Assembly: GCA_965644295.1 (NCBI GenBank)
Contig: CBFFRP010000333.1
Span: 62,001-126,000 of the forward strand
Direction of reading: 5' to 3'
DNA from: Paraphysomonas bandaiensis
Lineage: Eukaryota > Protista > Chrysophyceae
Length of the DNA: 64,000 nt
The notes under the pieces are model-generated. The model had not been told where the DNA came from. It ran no database searches and saw only the letters and a program-made list of their open reading frames with translations. How positions within the stretch are numbered: position 1 is the first letter of the stretch; each line of letters starts with the position of its first letter. Of this stretch, positions 48,778 through 61,100 are shown piece after piece. Both the position numbers and the translations under genes were made by a program.

Positions 48778-51623
48778 CTAAGTTTCTGGTTGATCCACTG
48801 TACCGAGATTATCATCGTTGCCGTCTTCACCAACATCGGACACGGAATTTAGCATTTCATTGTCTCGTTTCTTCTCCGCTTTCTAAGCATATAAAACTTA
48901 ACATAAAATGCGAAAGACAGGAGAAATATCACCTGTAACATTTTGAAAATGGCAATTGATTTCTTGTCTTTTTCACCATATACAACATGGTGGGCATCCA
49001 AACTTTTTTTATAATTTCCACAAGCTCGGCCCCAATCTCTCACAAGGCACTGCTTCTCGGCGGCCTACACAGAACAATAAGAGTGTCTGTAACACCACAA
49101 ACTCAACGATACTAACCTGCTGTCTCAGCGCTGCTACCTCTTGAGAGTCCCATCCGTATGCAGCTTCCCCCAGTTCTGCCATTGTCTCCGCATACTCTGC
49201 TGCCTGCCACTTGGCTCCATTTTCAATACTTAGGTCCATCAGTCGACGCAGCAGATCGAGAGATGTCTCGATATCACTCATCAGTTGGGGCGATCTGTTT
49301 ACTCCAGCATATATTGATGACACACTCAGTGCATTTAAGCGAGAAGACCGATTCAACTGCTTCATAGCAGCGCCCGAATAGAAATCTACAGCGGCAGACA
49401 ACACCTTCTCCGCACTCTTGGGGTGATTGAGCTTAATAAGGACAGAAGAAAGTTGTGTCTGAGTGAAAGCAATAGCCCGCACTGGCACAGGGGAAAGCTT
49501 CTCCATAATTCGAATAGCACGAACTAACCATTCTTTCGACTCTCCATAGTTCCCTATTATATTCTGCACAGAAGCCACCGCAAGACTAGCCGAAGCCACT
49601 GCAATATTCTCTCCATGTGTACGCTCCAGGATTTCAAACGACCGGACCAAGTACCGATAAGAGGCCTCCAATGACTGTGTTGTGGGATCTTCCTCTGATT
49701 TCATAATATATTTTGCACGGAGCTTTACCGCAAACTTGGTCGCAATCTCTTCTGATGTCTTGCTCGACAATTGCATTTTCTTCTTGTGCAGATAATGTGT
49801 CCTTACGGCCTTGATCTCAGACTGAAGAACCTGTCTCCCTTCACGTGTTTTGAGCCATTTCTCTGCAGCTTTCATACATCGTGTCTTCTTCTCTGCGTGC
49901 CATTGACGGTGTTTAACTACCATAAGTTGAGATATAGCGTTGTATAGGTCCACTGAGATGAGCTCCATTTCTAGTCCCATAGCCTCCAGCTTCCCAAGGG
50001 CACTACGCATATTTTCTTCCGCAAGAGATAATTGATTCGAAAACACATTAGAGAGACCAATAAGGTTAAGAATCTGTATTCGTAAGAGGTCTAATGGATC
50101 TCCTCCCCCTTCAGTGTTGCTTGCAAACACAACTTGCGCTATGAACTCCTCCCAGACCACAGGCAGCTCATACTTTACATTTTGCACCAAGTGCCGTCTT
50201 TGACCAAACAGATCTTTTAACTCCGGGGCAGAAAAAGTAAAAACTGATCCGTCACTTGCGCTAACTGCTATCGGTAAATCCACACGAAGTTTGGAGAGGT
50301 CAGTCATGACCTGAGTACCGGACAGAACACGGGCTGCGGATGGTATCTTGTTGATATTCATCGCAAGTTCCACAGGGTGACACACTCCTCGTCGCTCTTT
50401 ATCCCCAATTACAAAAGCCATATGAAGTACCGCTTTATTCTGCGGTAATACTATCATATCAATGAGCTCCATCCACTTCGCAATCACGGCCGACTCAGAT
50501 GTGAGAAATTGTACCACCTGTCCCCACGAAGGTGGTGTCTGCACCTGCACCTCCGCCCACTTATCTCTGGGACCCATGTGCCGGCACAAAAACACCTCCA
50601 TTTCGTGACAAAACACTGCACCAACAGTTTTATCTTCTGATGGACGTATCTCATCCTCTCCAGTAATACTACTTTCAGGAAAGAGTTCATCATACAGTTC
50701 CTGCTGACGTTGCTGCGCTTGCCTCGTAGCTAGTGCGGATGCAGCCGCTGCGTTGAGTGCAGAAGATACCTCAGTCAGAAAATCTGGAGTGATATATCCT
50801 CTATGAGCCATAGCATGCTCTCGTAGGCAGTTGAACACAGTAAATGTGTAAAGTGAGGCATCATGGGACTTAGATCGCACCTCACTGGCGTGCATCTTTT
50901 GAGACACAGCTACCAACTTCTGCGATGCCACGCCCATGTGGAAAGAAACCTGCTCCCAAAGACCCTGGGCGGCATATATGCTGCCAAGATCAACCAAGGC
51001 CCGAAGTGACTCAATAGAATCATCTCCAAAACATATTCGACTAAGGGCAACAGCACGAGCTCGACCTTCTGTAAGGTTCTCTGTTAGGTTCTTAGATGTA
51101 ACCCGCATAGTATTTTCACCCCGCACTTCTCCTCCTACATGTAACTCGTCTTCAGTATCACGGCATAAATATTGAAGCATACGAAGGTGCTCGCCGATAG
51201 ACAGCTCTTTAAGAAGCGCTTCCAATCGCTTACACGGCGGTAGATCCTCGAAATCGTTGGCCTGTTCTTTTTTAGGAGAGGGAAGAAGAAACGATTCCAC
51301 ATTTTTAAGAACATCTTCCACATTCACATTACTTTGAAAACCTCCAGTAGACTCTATAAATAATTGATTCCACATACATATTAACATGATCAGTACATAC
51401 CTTTAAACTCATCTTCGAATATGTTTTCATTGGAATCGTTTGCATCGTATTGCGGTGAGTTCCCTTGTTGAGGAAGGCGTATCTCTTCATCTCTCATGTC
51501 ATCCAATACATCACCATCATCAAAATGAACAACATATGTGTTATCCTCATTGATATCATACACAATGCCCGGATACCACCCATCATCATAGTACCCCTCG
51601 ATAACTTGATTCTTCTGATACAT
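48778..51623 (-). CDS. Tudor-like + TPR protein (TTC23-like)
   Basis: N-term GWYPGIV...TYVVHFDDGDV (Tudor). RAVALSRICFGDDS...LVDLGSIYAAQGL resembles the TTC23 N-terminal TPR. C-terminal kinesin-light-chain-like TPRs. Confidence 0.7.
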
Positions 51624-53241
51624 CAGTCAGCCACTCACACGGGATCTGATTCACAACAACATTTAATATTGAATCTATCCCGTTGAATCGCCTGATAATG
51701 AAATGGATGGAGTGATGTGACTATCGACTGCTGTTAATATATATATATATATATATATATGAGCTGTATGTATGTATGTAGATGACTTTAACGCATTTTT
51801 CATACTTTATTTCTGTGTACTGCAAAACGGTCTCATCCTCAGCTCAGTCGCTAATTTCATACACTGTGTATTCATCACACTACAGGTATATACAGCACGG
51901 GAATACATCAATCTTTTTCTCAGCTATTTCTAGATCTACAGCGCACATCTGCAGAGCCCATGCATACATGCATACATACACAGGTACACTGCTGTATATA
52001 TATCTTGTAGATCCGATAGAGGATACTTGTAGCTAGATGACATGATATGTACAGTACCTGCTGCTCTAGCTATTCTTGTGCTGCTCGATATGCTAAATCG
52101 ATAAGATATGCACGGCTATCGATAGCTTATCGATGATATGCAGCATACTGTAGTGTATGCGCTCTCTTCTTGCGTCCACTGAACTATACACTGTGTATAT
52201 ATCTCAGGTTCGAGCGATGTACATATATATATAGTTCAGTGGGTGCATAGCATATTTATCATTATCTCTTACTGATTATTATAAATGAAAGAACTAGTTA
52301 TAGCATAGTTATCTGATTTAAGTGCTAAATCATTGAGATTTTCTGCTCGTTATATATTGTGAATACGGGAAATGTAATTCAAGGCTAGTGAGAGGCATTA
52401 TATTACCAAAGCTTATATATATAAGCATTATACGAAGGCGTCTAATGCGTTTAGTATTGTTGACCTTCCTTCACCGTAACTATTCTATCGATATGTAAAA
52501 TCTATTGCAAAGTAGTTTCGGAACAATCAAGAACAATTCCAATATAAGCTATTCATATCTCTGAACGAATAGTTTAGGTGGAAGGGTTTTGTTGTCTAAA
52601 ATATAAAACGAAATGTGTCGTTGAGTTGATATAATGAACTTGTATCAAGCCTGCACCAACCAGGGGTTGCATACTAATTACTTTTACGTAAGAAAATGAG
52701 AAGAATTTCAACCGTTAATGACTTTCCCTATATATTAGCTAGACTCTATGTATTCCGCCTCAAAGAAAGAAAAACTCTTTATCCATAAACTTTGACTTAT
52801 ACATGTACACAAACTGAACATTGTTGGTGTATCAGCCCTTATCGATGCCAACTTTCATCAAAGCAGATGTTGCATTCATTTTATGGCAACATTTGGGAAT
52901 TTATTGTCAAGCATGTTCAATTACATGGATTGTGTTAAACATGTAGGCACTTGAGCGCTTTGTGTCACATATGAACAGTAGCAGTTCATTTGTTGCTCCG
53001 ATATGGGTGAGTTTTATGAGAGGTGCAATGTTGAATTTTGCAAAATTCAACTTTAAATTCTAAGCTTTCTAGTCGATGAAACTAATCAGTATATTAAGTA
53101 TAGCTTGTTTGTATAACTCTGACAGTCATAGAATCTGAATTTAACAACAATTGAAAACGTGCTGGAAATACTGCTCAGTTTTGACGCGAATGATTCGATT
53201 GCTAACGCTGTGGTGATAACTACTATCGACGACTGGTATAA

Positions 53242-55218
53242 TCACATTTTGTACACAGCATCGTGATATGCTCGCATGATCTCATCTACAGGACCTTTTG
53301 GCAAACTTGTTGCCATCCCATATATGGCCGCCGTGCCCCCTATTTTTTCACACCCTTTGCTCAGTAAGTTTCGTACTTCCTCCTGAAGCTCGGACAAAAA
53401 CTCCTGTTCGTGCCCAACAAATTTGACAGTGCAGCAGATATGTATCCCAGGGGGGTACTGGAGAAGGTTGAGAGCCCATCCTCGCTTAGTCATTGCGTCT
53501 CCCACCGCATATATATTCAGATCCTCCCGATCCGCCTCGAAACACACGATCATGGCCTGAGATTGGCCAACGACTCGGAGACCGTCTATGCTTGCCACCC
53601 CATCAGATACTATCTTTACACATTCCATGATATCTCGTGTGTGACGCAAGTAACCGTCCTCGCCGAGGCTAACCATACTCGCCCAACATTGCGCTATCAT
53701 ACCAGATGACCTGCTGCCAGCAATAGCAGGGGTGGTGTAGAGCCCACCAGGGAACTTCGGGTAGCAAAAATACTGTGAGCGCCTCAGCTCTTGATTGCGG
53801 TATAACACAACGGATGTTCCTTTCAGCGCGTACCCAAATTTGTGAGTGTCAACGGACATACTTGTAACTCCCGGTAGGTCGAAGTCAAAGGCTGCTCATA
53901 AATGGGTAATGTACGTAAGCCAATGCAGTAAAAAGGAAATTAACAATGACACATATATATATATCATACATTCAAGTATACTACTGCATTGGTCACCTGG
54001 TATATCGTATCCAAGTTTTCTTGCAAAAGGCAGAACAAATCCACCCAGACAGCAGTCCACATGAAGTCCAATGTTATACCGTACAGCTAGACGGCTCATA
54101 TGCTCAATGTCGTCAATTACACCCTGAGGATACTGCGGTGCAGAGCCGTATAACATAATTGTATTGGGTCCAATTGCACGGTGCATCGCTACCATGTCAC
54201 ACTTGTATGTCACGGGATCCATCGGAACCTTAATAAGTCGTATACCAAGGAGTGAGCAGGCTTTGTCAATGGCTGCATGGGCGGATACACAAGCCACAAT
54301 CTCAGGTTCAACGATGCCGTGCTTTGAACGAAAATGTTCCCTGTGGGTCTTTGTAGCAAGCATTATACTCTCTGTTCCACCTGAAGTTGTTGACCTATAA
54401 AATAAATTCGATTAGAAACAAGAATCATAGGGGGAATGAAATACTAGGAGTAAAGCATTTACACAACATAGTCCTTACCCGCACACACTATCGAGTGTAG
54501 TCGTCATGAGACTGGCGCACATGGAAATAATCTCTGCTTCCAGCTTGGTGCTGCTAGGCCAGAGGTCAGGGTGCAACGGATTCGCGAGGGAATATAGACT
54601 AAAAGCTGAGTTAAGAAGTTGCTGATGTGCTCTGTCTCCGTGATAGACTGCACCAGACACACGACCTTGTTCCCACACGATGTCCTCCTTTTGCAAAATA
54701 GACTCCAAGAAAGACAGAATACTAGCGGCTGACATACCTGTCTTAGGTAACACAGCCATTTGTTGACCCATAGCTCGAGTCTTTGTCTTGAGTTGTTCAT
54801 CAATAACTTCCTCCATTTTTGCTCTTTCTTTCGCAATTTCTTTTTGAATAACTGGCAGATATTTGATAGCATCGTAAATACTGTCCAAAACAATATTATA
54901 TATCGCTGTAATATCCAAAGTAATGGCATGCGAGACTGACTTAATCACTGCATAAGCGAGCCAACAACCAACAGCATCACCAACAACAATACTTGCAGTA
55001 TTTCCACTCTCACGAATTCGTTGAAGTATGATAGCTAGTAAGCTTTCATCATTGGAGCAATAAATGGCTCGATATATGATAGCAGCAACACTTGCCGGAA
55101 GAAGAAGCCTTCTAACGTAACGGTATATATGCATCCTCATGAGCACTGCAGAGCCTCCCACAACAAGAGGAACCGCATACCGCATAGTCTTGAGTTTATT
55201 CAAACTGATGTCTGCCAT
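53242..55218 (-). CDS. SGPL1: Sphingosine-1-phosphate lyase
   Basis: GRVSGAVYHG, NPLHPD, TTSGGTESI, SAHAAIDKA, LHVDCCLGGF, SVDTHKFGY (PLP Lys), AGSRS; N-terminal TM. Confidence 0.96.
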
Positions 55219-55635
55219 GAACTCTTGTGTAATATTCGTCGAGGACGACTGATTTTGTCAATAGCTAAGATATCAGGTGCAGCACATGCATCATGTATGC
55301 ATAGCTACGTCAAATGGATAGCACACACCACACCAGAGCCAAACAAGATCCACCCTGTACCGTATACCGGCCCGGTATACCGTACCATACTACACGTCCT
55401 CGAGACCTGTCATACAGTGCTGTATTCGCACTGTATTCGTGAATGTCTTTGTCGTATTGCATGGTGTAGAGCTGAGCGAGTTACTTGTGTATGGCTCTGC
55501 TCATATAGACAGGCACGTAGAGAGATAGTCAGAATAGCCATACTGAAGAAACAAGACTCAACTGGATTAGAGATACCACGCCAACTAATTCGGAGTTTGT
55601 GTTGTTTTATTAATTGAGATTGATACGATAGAAAT

Positions 55636-56444
55636 ATGCAGGGGGCTAGCACAATGCGTAACGCTATCAAGCGTATTACGCACAAGGAAAGAGCACAACC
55701 AGCTCACCGAAAGAAGTTGGGGTTACTGGAGAAGCACAAAGACTATGTGGAGCGCGCAAAGGTCTATTGGTAATACTTTGTTTTAGCTTATGCTCATATT
55801 TCATGTTATAGCACTATCACAAAAAGAAGGACTATATGAATGTTTTGAAGAAGAAGGCAGCAGAGCGCAACCCTGATGAGTTTTATTTTAAAATGAACAG
55901 TTCTGAAGTATCCAAAGGGGTGCACAGAGACCTTGATAGCGGAAGTTTGGACACAGAAACAGTGAAGCTATTGAAAACCCAAGATTTGGGTTACTTAGTA
56001 CATAAAGCATCAATAGACTTGAAGAAGGCCGAGAAATTGCAGAACAACTTGCACTTGATTGGTGATAGAAAGCCGCGCGAACACAAGCTATTTGTTGAAG
56101 ATAAATCTGAAGTTGACGAGTTTAATGTTGCATCACGATTTGATACAGTGCCAGAACTTGCCGATAGAACATACAACCGCCCTCGAGTTAAGGATATTGA
56201 ACGCGGAGTGATCATCGGAGGGAAGACTACAAAGGATGTTAAAAAAGCACAAAAGCTTACAGCAAAGTCGTATGATGAATTAAATAAACGGATAAAGAGG
56301 GCTGAAAGGCTGAAAAAAGCTGCAAAATGTGTGCAATTGCAGAAAAATCTGATGGGGAAGGGGTCGAAAAGGAAAATAGTGGATGGTAATGACAGTAAAT
56401 CCGGAGTACCAGTTTTTAAGTGGAAAAGGCAAAGAACTAAGTAG
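55636..56444 (+). CDS. UTP11: U3 snoRNP / SSU processome protein Utp11
   Basis: [27 protein letters not shown] | HYHKK...[13 protein letters not shown]...KTQDLGY...[10 protein letters not shown]; intron ~55762-55811. Confidence 0.96.
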
Positions 56445-58106
56445 AATAAACATTGATAGTGGATATGTAGTGTTAGGGATACTTATGTTTGAAAGTAATC
56501 TTGATAATAATGTAGTTTTTGATACTATAGTACCATGCAGTAGTTCTTGAATTCAGTTTTAAAGAATATATTTGCGTCAAGTATTTTCAAATTAATAGTT
56601 AGTACCCTTTGACTTAAATATAACATTGACTAAAACATATAGTCAGCGATCATAATAATTCTATCAGTCGACATTCAAAAACACAGCTGCCTCTGAAATC
56701 ACCCAGATGAGTGTTGAATCATTCATTTTTCGCAGAGAGATATTTATTCTTTTCTTTGATTACATTCATATCTTTCTACCATAAGTGATAGGATGGCGTC
56801 ACAAAACACAATTGGAGAGCTCGCTCCCTCCTCTGTCCTAGATTTCACATTTATATCACACATCACACTATCGCCAAATTGGTTGAATTTACCACTAGAA
56901 GAGCACCCAGTACAATTTATCGAATTCCTTGTACATAACAAGTAAAATTAAATATGAGTAGTAGGATTTAATATATGTTGAGAAGTATCTCTATCAAGAG
57001 TAGAATATACACCCCCGTTGAAAAATGTATGAGCTAAAGGTCATAACTCCAGCACCACTGGATTTCAGTTATACAAAACTTTTGGCTTAATCCATTCTTT
57101 GAAGTTCTTCTGCTTTAAAAAAGCCATTGACTACACTCTAATACAGAGAATTATCCACATATGGTTTCAAAATTTAAGGTTTAATCAGTTATTACATACG
57201 AATGCGTAATTAAAATTACGCTACACAATATAATTAGGCTCCATACGCGATACAAAAATTCCTGGGGTTCATCAGTTTCAGCTCCCTTCTTAAGCAATAC
57301 ATGTGCTGCTGTCACTAGGAATAGATTCCATAGTTGCAATAACAAAATATCTAGGATGACTAACGTTTCTTAGCCGAACAACACACATTGTATGTCAATT
57401 ACTCAAGTCAGAGAGTCACTACTCGAATCTGGTGTAGTCATTCATTGTTTGCATCAGAGGCCCTCCTATTGCATGAATGACGTGCGGCTGTAGACTATAT
57501 ACTTGTCTACATGTAATGCATTTAAAGCAAACGTATGTCCACCGGGTGCAAGGACATCATGAATCATATCCTTTCAAGATCTTCCATGCGTTGCAATAGA
57601 GTAAACTCGAATAACACACACACACACATGTACACAGCACAGCAGCAATATCTAGGTATGCATCATATTCAGATATATGATATCGCTCATATCTAGATAC
57701 TGTACAATACACAGTGCTCCAGTAGCAGCCTGTACGCATGTATGTACTCCCCATGTATGTACGTAGGTACGTAGTGTCTCACTCTGCTGTTCGGATTTCA
57801 ATAAACTGAAAAAAACTACAGAAGATTCTACCAAAAAAAAGCCTTGAAAGAAATAAAACGGTTACTATTTTTGGCAGTTGCACATTGTGTTGGATGGTAT
57901 GTGTATGTATGTATGTATGTATATGTATGTGTGTAGGTGTATGTAGAGAGCAGCTATGTATGTGTAGATGCCATGCTGGGCAGATATATAGATATATGCA
58001 TGGCTGTTTAAGTAGTCATAACATCCATCTAGGGTATAACCTGGACAATTAGTAGATTAGATCTGCAATTATTTTGTGATACCCTTTACAGTACATTGTG
58101 ATTGTC

Positions 58107-61100
58107 ATGGAGGTATTGGGGGTGCTCGGATATAGCGGTGAGCAGCTAGGATTCTTGACCTCTGAAAACTTCTCTTTTGCATCCGGAAATGGTCTCTGTG
58201 TCATTGATGTAAACAAGGGGCCCAAAGATGTCATATGGAAATCAGTTAAAGGGATTCAAAAGTGGGCTTTTAATGCCGCTAGCAATAAACTTGTCATAGC
58301 TCCAAAGATTGATGGCGACAGTATTGCACTCATGACATTGCCGGAATACAAAAACTCAGTGCCGTTACCCAATCCAACTGGAGGAAAGATCATTGATTTT
58401 TCGTTTTCAATGGATGGTATGTATTTACTGGGATTAAGTGATAATACAGATCCGCGGGTGTTTATGTGGAACACGCAGACCAATAGAGTTTTATTTTGTG
58501 TGGAGCTTCCAGTCCAATGTGAAAAATGTGTCATGCATCCGATAGATAATATGATGTTCACAGCATTTGGTGCTTCTGGACTCGTATTGGGTTCACTACA
58601 AGAAGTTTTAGAGGAGTATGATGTTAAGTTTGAAGTAATGCCAATCCCATCATCTGAAGTGTCCATTGCTAGCACTCACAGCTGTACCAGCGACAGACAA
58701 CCCACCATTAGTGGACATGTTGGCGTAACTTGCGCTTGCTGGACTCCCCCGAATGGCCTATTGATTGGTACCGCCGAAGGCAGCGTTTTCTTCGTGGATG
58801 CTTTAAATAAATTTGTACATCCTATTATTAACGTTGGCACTTCCTTGCCATCACCATCGATAGTTTCCGTTGTGGTTTCATCAGTAAATATCATAGTTGG
58901 TGCTTCTTCTGGACATGTATATTGGTACACGTTTAGTCCGTCGGACCTCACGACAGAGTATTTATCGGATATTTCGCCAGAGCTGTTACAGCCATTGCAG
59001 GTGATGACAATGGTTAACCAGATCGGTCACGAACATGAGAGCACTGGTTTCCTATCCACACTGGTGGTGGATCCTGAATTCACCAATTGCGTTGCAGGAA
59101 CAACACAAGGAATGATTTATAAGTTTGCAGTAGATGTTCAAGAAAGAATGAAGGTTGAAGATGCGGATGATGACATTGCTGTCAGCGCCCAGCCCAGTAG
59201 TGAGGGAGAAGCGCTCGAAGTATCAACTGTTCCAACGTATGTTCTACACCCTGGTGTGGCGGTATGTGCGCATGCTATTTCTATTCCTATCAGCGACTTT
59301 GCCGCCACTGCCTCACCTAGTGGGGACAACGCTATAATTAACAACTTTGACCACACAGAGAGTGTACAGATTGTAATAACTGGATCATATTCTGGTGCTG
59401 TCACGTTTTGGCGTTCACTTAACTGCGCTGAATCGTCTGCTTTACCTAGTGGTAAGATGAGCTCCTTGAGTGGTACTGGTGGTATTGTGAAATCTATTCC
59501 GAAAGTCCCGTTGCGTTTGTGCAGGTACTGTGCTGGTGAAGGCCTCGATGAGAGCGAACTTAATGACAGTTCTTTTCCAAATGCAATTACCTGCTTCGAA
59601 ACCCTCTCAGTTGCTAGTTACGGAGGTGGGAAGCTTATTGCCGTGGGTACAGTGAGTGGATGGCTGGAAGTATGGCGTGTTGAGGCATTTATGAGGGATT
59701 CTGAAAATGATGAGCTTGCCGATGAGCTCAATGAGGAAGATGCGTTGAATAATGTACGCGCTGGTGTTAAACTTATATATAGACGTCGGTTCTACAGAAC
59801 TGCACTCACGGCTATCAGCTCGTCTGACACCCAAGCATGCTTCGCGATTGCATCTCAGTTTGACAGCACAGTATATGTGATCAATACTTCTCCGAAATCT
59901 AAGCTCACTGAAGTGAAGAGTTTCACTTTAGGTGATTTAAGTAACCACGCAGTGGGTCTGTCTTGGAGTGGTCCACTTCTCTGGGTATCATCACACTCCG
60001 GTATATTTTTTACGTTTCTTCCTGATATGAATTTTACTTCCGAAGGCAGCGATGAGGAAAGCAGTTCTACATCTACATCTCCATCCTTTGCTGATATTAA
60101 CCCCATTAATCCCAAGGCAATGTGGGAAGGCTCTATTAAGGCGATAGGGTGTGCAGTACCCATGGCCGGTTCTGTTGGTGGTGGAATATTTGCTAGATAT
60201 GATGTACCGATTATATCTGTTTTGGACTCTTTCCCAAGTGTATTTGACCTTGAACAGCACAACCTGTTGCATAATGAAGAGAATACTGCAGAAGATGAAC
60301 AACCCGAAGTTCCTATGCTTCCGATGCCGGGTGGCATCAAGCACTCCCCGCGCATTGACAGTCCGATTCTGTGTTCTGCTCGTGCTAATGGGAACCAGTT
60401 GTATGCGACGGGATGTGCAGACGGTTCAATCTATGTATGGAAAGCACGCCGGGGAGAAATTAACCTTGTGAACCGATATCAGCCACACTCTGTGCCTGTG
60501 ATTGCGATCGTGTTTTCTATCGACTCCTCTCAGCTTGTGTCCTGTGCATCCGATGGGTCTATTTATGTCACAATTGTTGAGAAGAGCTTGATGTCGTCAA
60601 GTCCTATTGTTGGGTTGTTGCTTGAAAATGACTTAGATGAGATGAATAGCACTGGCTCTGTGGTATCAGAAAATTCACTTTTCCTGGATCAACAACGATA
60701 CAAAGTCTCGCAACAACTGAAAGAATCTTTTAAGAGCAAACATATTCACTTCCAGAGTATAGTTGAGAATATTGCTAATCGTCTTCAAACACTCCTAACT
60801 CGTAACGCTGATGCTAATGAACTGGAAAAAATGGATCTAAGTGAATTCGTAATTGACGTGAAGCGTAAGGATGAGATATTACAAAATAATATTGATCGGG
60901 TGAACAAGATTCAAGAAATGTATGCCAGGAAGAATGCTGCAAATGAACTCATTGCAGCAAGAATTAGGCAGCAGTGCTGGGATTCTATGGAAAAGCATTC
61001 TGTCAGCCTCTTTCCAATTCAGGATTGTCACTCAATGAAGGTTACCGTTGCGTCGTTTCCTGTCGAAAAGGTCACCGATAGAATGCGTATTATATTGGAT

